Positions 52,301 through 60,308 of a stretch of 61,488 nucleotides of DNA are shown here, piece after piece (the stretch's first letter is position 1; every line of letters starts with the position of its first letter). The stretch comes from Prochlorococcaceae cyanobacterium. GTDB lineage: Bacteria > Cyanobacteriota > Cyanobacteriia > PCC-6307 > Cyanobiaceae. The notes beneath the pieces are model-generated. The model was not told the DNA's origin. It saw only the letters and a program-made list of their open reading frames with translations, and did not search any database. Location: assembly GCA_049421025.1 (NCBI GenBank), contig JBMSMG010000001.1, positions 1 through 61,488 of the forward strand. The letters are read 5' to 3'. A program made the translations under genes and the position numbers.

Positions 52301-52651
52301 AAGCCGCTGCTGCGCGAAAAGACCCCAGGAGAGCGCAATTTCGCCAGCCAGGTCGACCATCTGCTCAGCAAGATCGAAGCCCCCGAATACCGCCAGCTGT
52401 GTAGCGAAACCCTGCTGACGCTGATCGCCTTTGTCGAAGTCAACCCGCAGGTGTACCTCGACGACGACCTCGCTCTCGACGTGGTGATCGGCCACGCCGT
52501 TCGCGTCGGCTGGCAGCTGCAGCATCCACAGATCGCCTCTGGTGAGTACGGCAGCCACAAAGCCGAAGCCTGGGCCAGCTTCTACAGGGCATCGCCAGCA
52601 GATTGCAGGCGCTGGCAACTCGAAGCTCTCAGGCAGCTCACTGAGGCCTAA
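49379..52651 (+). CDS. large GH15 (glucoamylase)-like protein homologous to phosphorylase kinase alpha/beta regulatory subunits
   Basis: [133 protein letters not shown]. The start is uncertain within 49379-49469. Confidence 0.7.
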   Translation: [1090 protein letters not shown]

Positions 52652-52665
52652 AACCGAGGCTTCAG

Positions 52666-53658
52666 TCAGATCGGCTGATCGAGGCTCATGCAGAGGTTGG
52701 GCTGCTCAACGCACTGCTCAATTAGATCGGCCAGCTGCAGCGCCCGCGACGCTTGCAGACCATCGACCGCTGGGGTCTCTTGGCCGCGCACGCAGCGCAA
52801 AAAGTGCTCGAGCTCGGCGTAGAGCGGCTCAATCGAGGTGGTGCTTACCTCTTCGATGAAGCCATCGTTGCGGTACACCAACTCGCCGTGGTCGGCACTG
52901 ACCGACTCGTGCGAGCGGCGATGGATGCGCAGGTTGTGGTTAAGGAAGTCCGTCTCCATCAAGCTGCTGCGGCAATGGCAGTACAGCCGCCTGATTTTGC
53001 GGTGCGCCATTTTGCTCGCGGTCAGGCTGGCCACAACGCCATTGGCAAAGCCCAAGGTGGCGTTGACGTAATCGATGGGCCCCTCGGCGCTGCGCCCGCC
53101 TGCCGCCGCCAGCCGCACCACCGGTGAGGCGGCCAGCTCGAGCACCAGATCGATGTCATGAATCATCAGATCAAGCACCACCGACACGTCGTTAGCACGA
53201 TCGGCATTGGGGCTGTGGCGACGCGCCTCGAGCACCACCACCTGCTCACCGGCGACCACCTTGACCAACTCGCGGAAGGCCGGATTGAAGCGCTCAATGT
53301 GGCCCACCTGCAGCAGCCGGCCAGCGCTCTCGGCGGCACGAATCAGATCGGCAGCCTCGTCCTGGCTGGCTGCGATCGGCTTTTCAATCAACACATGCAC
53401 GCCCGCCTGCAGACAGGCCAGACCCACGCGGTGGTGCAGCAGTGTCGGCACGGCGATGCAGACCGCCTCGACCTCGCTGAGCATCTCTTGGTAGTTGCCA
53501 AACCAGCGGCAACCGAACTGCTCGGTAGCGAGCTTGCCGCGGGCCTCATCGGGATCAGCCACGCCGACCAGCTGGGCATCTTTCAGCAGGCTCAGCACGC
53601 GGGCGTGATGCCAGCCCATGTTGCCGATGCCAATGACACCCACGCGAACAGGGTTCAT
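52666..53658 (-). CDS. Gfo/Idh/MocA-family NAD(P)-dependent oxidoreductase
   Basis: From ATG(53658): MNPVRVGVIGIGNMGWHHARVL... is a Rossmann N-terminus, with EKPIA typical of the family. The track start at 53712 runs into the tRNA. Confidence 0.85.
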   Translation of the reverse strand: MNPVRVGVIGIGNMGWHHARVLSLLKDAQLVGVADPDEARGKLATEQFGCRWFGNYQEMLSEVEAVCIAVPTLLHHRVGLACLQAGVHVLIEKPIAASQDEAADLIRAAESAGRLLQVGHIERFNPAFRELVKVVAGEQVVVLEARRHSPNADRANDVSVVLDLMIHDIDLVLELAASPVVRLAAAGGRSAEGPIDYVNATLGFANGVVASLTASKMAHRKIRRLYCHCRSSLMETDFLNHNLRIHRRSHESVSADHGELVYRNDGFIEEVSTTSIEPLYAELEHFLRCVRGQETPAVDGLQASRALQLADLIEQCVEQPNLCMSLDQPI

Positions 53659-53711
53659 GGCTGACGTCCCGGCAACGGGCGCATTATCGGCGATGAAGCA
53701 GCCGTTGCGCA

Positions 53712-53784
53712 TGGGGGTCGCGAGGATCGAACTCGCCTAAGGCGGATTATGAGTCCGCTGCATTCACCAGATTGCTAGACCCCC
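53712..53784 (-). tRNA. tRNA with anticodon CAU (elongator Met, or Ile2 if lysidine-modified), CCA not encoded
   Basis: Hand fold: GGGGGTC TA GCAA TCTGGTGA ATGC A GCGGA CTCATAA TCCGC CTTAG GCGAG TTCGATC CTCGC GACCCCC A. The 1:72 pair is G:C and the anticodon stem lacks the GGG/CCC run, so this is not an initiator. Confidence 0.8.
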
Positions 53785-53803
53785 GAGCAGAGCCCAGGGG
53801 TGT

Positions 53804-54334
53804 CTACCACAGGCCTCGTACAGGCGTGCGGTAGCTGGCGCCGCGGCCGCCACCGGCTGCAGAACGGCCCTGCTGGCCGCAGCCCCCAGGTGAGCCAAGG
53901 CTGCAGCCAAAACCGTTGCCGATGTCAGCGGTACGCCAGGGCATCGGATCGCTTTGAGCCTCCAGCAACACGCCATAGGTGTTCTCGAGTGCCGTGCCGT
54001 CCCAGACGATCGTCTGATCGGTGAAACCAAACGCGTTGATCGAATCGCCGCTGTTGATCGAACCGGTCGCAATGCCAAACAGATCGCGGACCTGGCCGCG
54101 AATGCTCACGCCTTCAGCAAAGGGAGCGGTGTAGGTGAAAAACCGCTGATCCACCAGCTCGGGCACGGTTTGCACAGCACCACAGCGGGTGATCTCGACC
54201 GGAGCTGCGCCGCCAGCAGCAGGCGCCTCCAAGGTGGTGGTGCACAGCACAGGTCCTGCCTGGGCAGGGGCGGTCAAAAGCGGCAGCCCCAACAGCACCG
54301 GGGCCAGCATCAGCAGAGAGCGCAGAGAAGCCAT
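53804..54334 (-). CDS. exported hypothetical protein with two Cys pairs (176 aa)
   Basis: Signal peptide MASLRSLLMLAPVLLGLPLLTAPAQA/GP. The mature part carries C-x20-C near its N-terminus and GCSLGSPGGC near a Gly/Arg-rich C-terminus. No family recognised. Confidence 0.5.
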   Translation of the reverse strand: MASLRSLLMLAPVLLGLPLLTAPAQAGPVLCTTTLEAPAAGGAAPVEITRCGAVQTVPELVDQRFFTYTAPFAEGVSIRGQVRDLFGIATGSINSGDSINAFGFTDQTIVWDGTALENTYGVLLEAQSDPMPWRTADIGNGFGCSLGSPGGCGQQGRSAAGGGRGASYRTPVRGLW

Positions 54335-54418
54335 GGCGGCAGCCAGGCGGCAGCAAACGGATTGAGCGCAAACTAGACAGTCTCAAGCCATTGCACCAGT
54401 CCCCGGCCGGCCCTGCCC

Positions 54419-55000
54419 ATGAACCCTTTGCCCACCACCAGCGCTGCGATGCGCGAAGTCCTGCTGCCGCTTTTGGCGACCAAGGCCTACCGGCATGGTC
54501 AGTTCACGCTGGCCTCAGGCCGCACCAGCCACCACTATGTGAACTGCAAGCCGGTGAGCCTCAGCGGCACGGGACTGGCGCTGCTCGGGTCCTTAATGCT
54601 TGAGCAGGTCGAAGCTGAAGCCGCCGCTGTGGCCGGCCTCACCCTGGGGGCTGACCCTCTGGTGAGCGCGGTGGCCCTGCAGGCTGCATTGGCCGGCCGC
54701 ACACTCGACGCATTGATTGTGCGCAAGGAGGCCAAGGGCCATGGCACCGGCGCCTGGCTCGAAGGGCCGCTGCCAGAGCCGGGCAGCGTGATCACCGTGC
54801 TCGAAGACGTGGTCACCAGCGGCGGCTCCTCGCTCAAGGCTGTGCATCAGCTGCGCGAAGCCGGCTACAGGGTCAACCGGGTGGTCACGATCGTCGATCG
54901 CCAAGAGGGCGGCCTGGCGGCCATGGATGCCGCCGGCCTTGAGCTGCGCAGCCTGTTTCTGCTCGAGCAAATCGCATCTGTTGCCGCCGCCGCAAGCTGA
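54419..55000 (+). CDS. pyrE: orotate phosphoribosyltransferase
   Basis: ...[21 protein letters not shown]... and the PRPP loop [11 protein letters not shown]. Confidence 0.9.
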   Translation: MNPLPTTSAAMREVLLPLLATKAYRHGQFTLASGRTSHHYVNCKPVSLSGTGLALLGSLMLEQVEAEAAAVAGLTLGADPLVSAVALQAALAGRTLDALIVRKEAKGHGTGAWLEGPLPEPGSVITVLEDVVTSGGSSLKAVHQLREAGYRVNRVVTIVDRQEGGLAAMDAAGLELRSLFLLEQIASVAAAAS

Positions 55001-55962
55001 TGGATGGCGCCGCATCGTGCTGGAGCTGGCGCCCTGAGGCGCCCAGCCGCCTTGAGCAAAACGTCAGCGTGTTGCGCCTTGCGGGGCCCGATGCACTGCG
55101 GGTGCTGCACGGCCAGACCAGCCAAGCGATTGAAGCGGCAGCCCCAGGCCGCGCCCTGGCCACCTGCGTGATCAGCCCAACTGCCCGGCTGCGGGCCACC
55201 GCCCAGGTGCTGGTTGATCAAGGCGGCGCTTGGCTGGTGATTGAAGCCGGCGATGGCGCAGCCGTGCGCACAGCGCTGGATCGGGTGCTGTTTCCGGCCG
55301 ATCGGGTCGAGCTGGGGCCCTTGCAGCAAGCCCGGCTGATCATCCCTGTGCCGTCTGCTGCTGAAACGGCCCTGCCGGCCGAGCTGCCCAAGAGCGAGCC
55401 CAGCCAGTGGGCCCCTTTACCTGGGGCCGATGGCCTGTGGCTGCTGGGTCAGCAACTGCTGGTGTTGACCAGCGCGGCGGGCCTGCCCGATGCGTTCAGC
55501 CGCCGCACCCCGCTCACCACGCTCGAGCAGGAGCGCTGGCGGCTGCAGCAAGGCATCCCGGCGCCGCCGGGCGAACTGAACGACGAGGTCAACCCCTTTG
55601 AGCTGGGGCTGGCCGATCGGGTCAGCCTCAACAAAGGCTGCTACGTGGGCCAGGAAACCCTGGCCAAGCTGGCCACCTATGGCGGCGTGAAGCAACAGCT
55701 CAGGCGCTGGTGCTGGTTGCAGACAACAAGCGGTGCATCGCCCCAAGCAGGGGAGGTCTTGTTCTCAAGCAACGGCGAGCGCGCCGGCAGCATCAGCAGC
55801 GCCTTGGCGATCACCCAGAGCGATGGTGCGGTGCTCTGGCTGGGGCTGGCCCTGGTGCGCCGCAGCGCCCTTGATGCGCGCACCCTGCAGCTTGGCGATC
55901 AAGGGCCTGAGCTGGCCATCTCTGTGCCCGAGGCCTTTGTGGAGCCGCCACAGCGGTCCTGA
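55000..55962 (+). CDS. ygfZ: folate-binding YgfZ-type protein (GcvT-like fold, Fe-S cluster repair family)
   Basis: The KGCYVGQETLAKL motif (K-G-C-Y-x-G-Q-E) with GcvT-like upstream blocks. The ATG shares a base with the pyrE stop. Confidence 0.75.
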   Translation: MDGAASCWSWRPEAPSRLEQNVSVLRLAGPDALRVLHGQTSQAIEAAAPGRALATCVISPTARLRATAQVLVDQGGAWLVIEAGDGAAVRTALDRVLFPADRVELGPLQQARLIIPVPSAAETALPAELPKSEPSQWAPLPGADGLWLLGQQLLVLTSAAGLPDAFSRRTPLTTLEQERWRLQQGIPAPPGELNDEVNPFELGLADRVSLNKGCYVGQETLAKLATYGGVKQQLRRWCWLQTTSGASPQAGEVLFSSNGERAGSISSALAITQSDGAVLWLGLALVRRSALDARTLQLGDQGPELAISVPEAFVEPPQRS

Positions 55963-57485
55963 GTCAGCAGCCAGTGGGCCACGGTCCAGCTGGCCAAGCT
56001 GTCGTCACGGTTGTACAGAAAAATCTGCTGCAGATGGCGCAAGCCGGTGCGCCACTGCCGCCACTGCCGCCACCAGAGCAGGCAGCGGGCACCATCGACC
56101 CCGCTCTGGCTCCAGCGAAACCCCAGCCAGCTGGCCGTGGCCTTGAGCCCATAGCTGCCCACCGGCAGCCGCCAGCTGCGCCGCAGGCGTGCATGCAGAT
56201 CGATGCAGCGGCTGCGCAGCGCACCGATCTGGGCCTCTGAGGCACCCTGCCGCTGGGCCAGGCGCACCAGCGCCAGCGACTCAGTTTCGCCGTAGTGCAG
56301 CAGCGGCCAGCCGGGGTAGGCCGCCAGCAGCACCTGCAAACGCTTCCACAAGCGGGCTTCGCCGTGCTCGTGCAGCGCCAGCAGGGGTTTGTAGGGCGCA
56401 CGCGCCAGCGACTGGGAGCCAGGCGCCGGCCAGGTGCCATCGCTCTGGCGCCGGAGCATCACAAAGCCGTGCAAAAAGTCGTCGCGGGCATCGGGGTCCG
56501 ATTCGATGTCGTAGAGCAGCACCCCAGGCACCTCACTGAGCTCGGGCAACGCCACAGCGGCCTCAAGACGCTCGGGACGCCCGCCCAGCTGCACCCGCGC
56601 CTGCGCCACCAGCTCGGCGGCGATGGCAGCGTGCTGCTTGGCGTGCTGCGGATCGCTGCTCTCAAGCTGTGCCGCCAGTTGCTCAGGATCGGTGGCAGCC
56701 AGCTCGGCCAGGCTGCCGATGCCATGCCCCAGCAGCAGCTCACGGCGTTTGCCGCCAATGCCGCTCACCTCACTGAGGTGTCCCTCGGCGGCGGCCTGCT
56801 GATCGCAGAGCTGCTTCCAGCTGCAGAGGGTGCATTTCTTGCGATCGCTCACCAATGGCGGCGGATTTGAGCGCTCCAGATCGGCGGCCAGGCGCTGCAG
56901 GCTGTCATCGAGTTGCTGCTGCAGGCCAGCGCCCAGGGCCAGCCGCTCCTGCTGCAGGCGCGCGCCACCGGCGACCACCAGGCCGTGCGGCACCGGTGCC
57001 TGCTGCAAAGGCTCCAGCAACCGGCCCCAGAGGGCCAGCTGCAGGCGATGCTCGCGGGTTGTGCGGTAGCCCTGCCGGGCCAGCACGGGCTGGTAACGCC
57101 AAGGCCCCCAAAGGCTGCTGCCGGTGATGCGCTGCAGCAGCGGCGGGTGGGCCTCCAGCCGCAGCCCGCCAGGGGCCGCGCCCTTGAGCCGCAAGCCCAC
57201 CACCGCTTCAGCCCCCGCCTGGGCAGCAGGCAGACCGTGGCGTGGCCGCACAGCAACCAGAGCCTGAAAGCTCTGCACCTGCTCCTGCAGGGCAAGCGCG
57301 CGGTGCGCGCTCCACTGACGCTGATCAGCAGGACCTTGCTGATCAAGCCAGGCGCGCCGCCTGCAGCGCACCCAGCTGCGCAACAGGCGATCGGTGAGCA
57401 CGATCTCGGCCAAGACCCAGGTGGTTGGTTGCGGGTGAACTGCTTCGATCACAGCACGGCCAAAGGCTGAGGGCAGCTGAACCAC
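55899..57485 (-). CDS. TM0106-family RecB-like nuclease (PD-(D/E)xK with Cys cluster, HhH-like and RNase H-like regions)
   Basis: N-terminal LTDRLLRSWVRCRRRAWLD, mid KKCTLCSWKQLC, GIGGKRRELL (HhH-like), and C-terminal ...LLYDIESDP... ...YNRDD..A.. blocks as I recall for this family. GTG start is uncertain. Confidence 0.65.
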   Translation of the reverse strand: MVQLPSAFGRAVIEAVHPQPTTWVLAEIVLTDRLLRSWVRCRRRAWLDQQGPADQRQWSAHRALALQEQVQSFQALVAVRPRHGLPAAQAGAEAVVGLRLKGAAPGGLRLEAHPPLLQRITGSSLWGPWRYQPVLARQGYRTTREHRLQLALWGRLLEPLQQAPVPHGLVVAGGARLQQERLALGAGLQQQLDDSLQRLAADLERSNPPPLVSDRKKCTLCSWKQLCDQQAAAEGHLSEVSGIGGKRRELLLGHGIGSLAELAATDPEQLAAQLESSDPQHAKQHAAIAAELVAQARVQLGGRPERLEAAVALPELSEVPGVLLYDIESDPDARDDFLHGFVMLRRQSDGTWPAPGSQSLARAPYKPLLALHEHGEARLWKRLQVLLAAYPGWPLLHYGETESLALVRLAQRQGASEAQIGALRSRCIDLHARLRRSWRLPVGSYGLKATASWLGFRWSQSGVDGARCLLWWRQWRQWRTGLRHLQQIFLYNRDDSLASWTVAHWLLTQDRCGGSTKASGTEMASSGP

Positions 57486-57559
57486 CGACTCTTGAGGCGA
57501 GCTGAGCAGCGATCAGGCTGCTATCAAACCCCCAGTCTTCAGCCCGCCGCTGCCCTGCC

Positions 57560-59038
57560 ATGGCCTCTGCCCCCCTGCCGCTGCAGGCCAGCCCGATCAG
57601 CTTCGGCACCGATGGCTGGCGCGGCATTTTGGGCGTCGACATCACGCTGGAGCGCCTGCTGCCTGTGGCGGCTGCGGCAGCGCGCGAGCTCGAGAGCTCA
57701 GCACCAGCAGCTCTCAGCAGCCGTGAGGTGGTAATCGGCTACGACCGCCGCTTTCTGGCACCGGAGCTGGCCGAAGCGATCGCCAGCGCCGTGCGCGGCG
57801 CCGGTCTCGAACCCCTGCTGAGCGATTCACCCACCCCAACCCCGGCCAGCAGCTGGGCGGTGGTGCAGCGCCAGGCCCTGGGGGCCCTGGTGATCACCGC
57901 CAGCCACAACCCACCCGAATGGCTGGGCCTCAAGATCAAAGGTCCCTTTGGCGGTTCGGTCGAGGGCGACTTCACCGCACGGGTCGAGCAGCGGCTCGAG
58001 GCCGGGGGCATCACCGCGGCGATCGCACCCGGCGCTGGCGGCGAGCCTCGCTTTGACGCCCTCAGCGCCTATGTGAGCGGCCTGCGCGCCAAGCTCGACA
58101 CCGCCGCGCTAGTGCGCGGCCTGCAGCAGATGGGGCTGTGCGTGATTGTCGATCCCATGCATGGCTCGGCCGCGGGCGTGCTGCCCGCTCTGCTGGGGGC
58201 CGAGGCCAGCGCTGACGGCCCAATCCAAGAAATACGCGCCAACCGCGACCCCCTGTTTGGCGGCAACCCGCCCGAACCCCTGGCGCCCTACCTGGGTGAG
58301 CTGATCGCGGCGGTGCAGGCCTCCACGGCCGCCGGCAAACCAGCGGTGGGGATTGTCTTCGATGGCGATGGCGACCGCATCGCCGCCATCGATGAGCGCG
58401 GCCGGTTCTGCAGCACCCAGCTGCTGATGCCGCTGTTCATCGACCATCTGGCGAGGGCGCGGCAGCTGCCGGGGGTGGTGATCAAGACCGTCAGCGGCTC
58501 CGACCTCATGCAGCAGGTGGCCGAGGGCCTGGGCCGCACTGTGCTTGAAAAGCCCGTCGGCTTCAAATACATCGCCAGCGAAATGCTGGCCGGTGAGGTG
58601 CTGGTGGGCGGCGAAGAATCAGGCGGGGTGGGCTTCGGCATCCACACCCCCGAGCGCGATGCTCCCTTTGCGGCGCTGCTGCTGCTCGAGGCCTTGGTCG
58701 AAGGCGGCCTACCCCTGGGCGCGCGGCTCGATGCGCTGATCGAGCGCCATGGCACCCCAGCCCACTACGACCGCCTCGATCTGCGGCTGGCCAGCATGGA
58801 GGCCCGCGCCAAGCTGGAGCGCCTGCTGGCCGAAACACCTCCTGCCGAGGTGGCCGGACTCCCTGTGCAGCAGGTGATCACCACCGACGGCGTCAAGCTG
58901 CGCCTGGGCCCCAGCCACTGGCTGATGCTGCGCTTTTCGGGCACCGAACCGCTGCTGCGCCTCTACTGCGAAGCCCCTACCCCCGAGCGGGTGGACGCGG
59001 TGCTGGGCTGGGCGCGGCAGCTCGCCCAGGGGGCCTGA
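57560..59038 (+). CDS. alpha-D-phosphohexomutase (phosphoglucomutase/phosphomannomutase family)
   Basis: FGTDGWRG, the active-site loop TASHNPPEWLGLKI, FDGDGDR, GGEESGG. This is a second family member besides glmM. Confidence 0.88.
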   Translation: MASAPLPLQASPISFGTDGWRGILGVDITLERLLPVAAAAARELESSAPAALSSREVVIGYDRRFLAPELAEAIASAVRGAGLEPLLSDSPTPTPASSWAVVQRQALGALVITASHNPPEWLGLKIKGPFGGSVEGDFTARVEQRLEAGGITAAIAPGAGGEPRFDALSAYVSGLRAKLDTAALVRGLQQMGLCVIVDPMHGSAAGVLPALLGAEASADGPIQEIRANRDPLFGGNPPEPLAPYLGELIAAVQASTAAGKPAVGIVFDGDGDRIAAIDERGRFCSTQLLMPLFIDHLARARQLPGVVIKTVSGSDLMQQVAEGLGRTVLEKPVGFKYIASEMLAGEVLVGGEESGGVGFGIHTPERDAPFAALLLLEALVEGGLPLGARLDALIERHGTPAHYDRLDLRLASMEARAKLERLLAETPPAEVAGLPVQQVITTDGVKLRLGPSHWLMLRFSGTEPLLRLYCEAPTPERVDAVLGWARQLAQGA

Positions 59039-59043
59039 GCCAA

Positions 59044-59679
59044 ATGACAGTCAAGCCGCTCGCCGTTGAGCCGCCTCACGGCATTCGCCTGGTAATCGCC
59101 TCAGGCAACGCAGGCAAGGTGCGTGAATTCACCGCTTTGCTCGCCGAACTGCCGCTCGCGATCGAGGCCATGCCCGCAGGGCTTGAAATCGAAGAAACCG
59201 GTTCCACGTTTGCCGAGAACGCCCGCATCAAGGCCATCGCCGTGGCCCGCGCCACCGGCACCTGGGCCCTGGCCGACGACTCGGGCCTGTGCGTCACAGC
59301 GCTTGGCGGCGCTCCTGGTGTGCATTCAGCCCGCTACGCCGAGACCGATGCGGCCCGCATTGCCCGGCTGCTGCAGGAGCTCGCCGGCATGAGCGATCGC
59401 AGCGCCCACTTCAAGGCCGCCCTGGCACTCGCCAAACCCAATGGCGATGTCGCTGTTGAAGTGGAGGGCTGCTGCCCTGGGCAGATCCTCGAGGCCCCGC
59501 GCGGTGAGGGCGGCTTTGGCTATGACCCCGTGTTTTATGTGCCTGAGGCAGGACTCACGTTTGCCGAAATGGACAAGACGTGCAAGGGCCAGATCGGCCA
59601 TCGCGGCAGGGCTTTCCAGCTTCTTATGCCGCAGCTGCAAGCCTTTCTGGCAAGCAAGCAAGAGCAGCCAAAAAACTAA
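59044..59679 (+). CDS. rdgB: non-canonical purine NTP pyrophosphatase (RdgB/HAM1 family)
   Basis: LVIASGNAGKVREF, ...ETGSTFAENA..KA..., ...ADDSGL.V.ALGG.PGV.SARY..., FGYDPVF, ...KGQIGHRGRAF. Confidence 0.88.
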   Translation: MTVKPLAVEPPHGIRLVIASGNAGKVREFTALLAELPLAIEAMPAGLEIEETGSTFAENARIKAIAVARATGTWALADDSGLCVTALGGAPGVHSARYAETDAARIARLLQELAGMSDRSAHFKAALALAKPNGDVAVEVEGCCPGQILEAPRGEGGFGYDPVFYVPEAGLTFAEMDKTCKGQIGHRGRAFQLLMPQLQAFLASKQEQPKN

Positions 59680-59690
59680 TCGTTTAAACT

Positions 59691-60233
59691 TTGCTCCATC
59701 ATTGCCCAAGCTCCGTGGGACTCCATCTGCCCAGCCAACCAGGCGAGTCCAGAAGGGCAGGGGTACGTTATGCACTTTGTGCATTCATTGGAGGACAAGC
59801 TTTAGGCATCGCGGCCCCAGCAATGGCGGGAACCCATCGAGCCATCTGCTCGTACTACACCCGCTACGAACCCTGCACGGTCACGGTTGGCGTGAACCAA
59901 GTCGAAGCCAACTTGCCAACCGACTTTCTGAGCATTGACAGCGCCAATTACGTCGACACCAAGATCTACGACGACACTGGCCGTGAATCGAACCACGCCA
60001 TTGGTGCGGCCACCACAATCCTGTTCGGCCCCATCGGCCTGCTCGGCTTTTTAGCGACCAAACGCGCTGGAACAGTCGATTTCGGCATGGAATTTCGCGA
60101 CGACCGCGGCAAAAAGAGAACAGCCTTTATTCGCTTTGTGAACATGCGTGCCGCCGACGATTTCGGCAAAGACCTCAAAGGATTTTTGAAGACAATGGAG
60201 CGTGAAAGCGGCGCCAAAGCGCAACAACACTGA
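59691..60233 (+). CDS. exported hypothetical protein A (Cys pair + Gly-zipper-like hydrophobic segment), in the AT-richer cassette
   Basis: ...ESRRAGVRYALCAFIGGQALGIAAPAMA/GTHRAICSYYTRYEPCTVTV... has a signal-peptide-like N-region. The start is ambiguous: TTG 59691, GTG 59715 or ATG 59823. Mid-protein segment: AIGAATTILFGPIGLLGFLA. G+C is about 52% (31/60 at 59881-59940). Confidence 0.45.
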   Translation: MLHHCPSSVGLHLPSQPGESRRAGVRYALCAFIGGQALGIAAPAMAGTHRAICSYYTRYEPCTVTVGVNQVEANLPTDFLSIDSANYVDTKIYDDTGRESNHAIGAATTILFGPIGLLGFLATKRAGTVDFGMEFRDDRGKKRTAFIRFVNMRAADDFGKDLKGFLKTMERESGAKAQQH

Positions 60234-60308
60234 AGCCAATTAAAGGATCACCTTCTTCAAAATCTGCTCAGCGAGTTGTGCTAACATTAAGCAAGTATTG
60301 CAAAGCCC

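Noticed and set aside
53712-54334. A genomic island integrated at tRNA-CAU.
   Set aside because: The flanking gene has native high GC. I could see no integrase, direct repeat of the tRNA 3' end or mobility gene.
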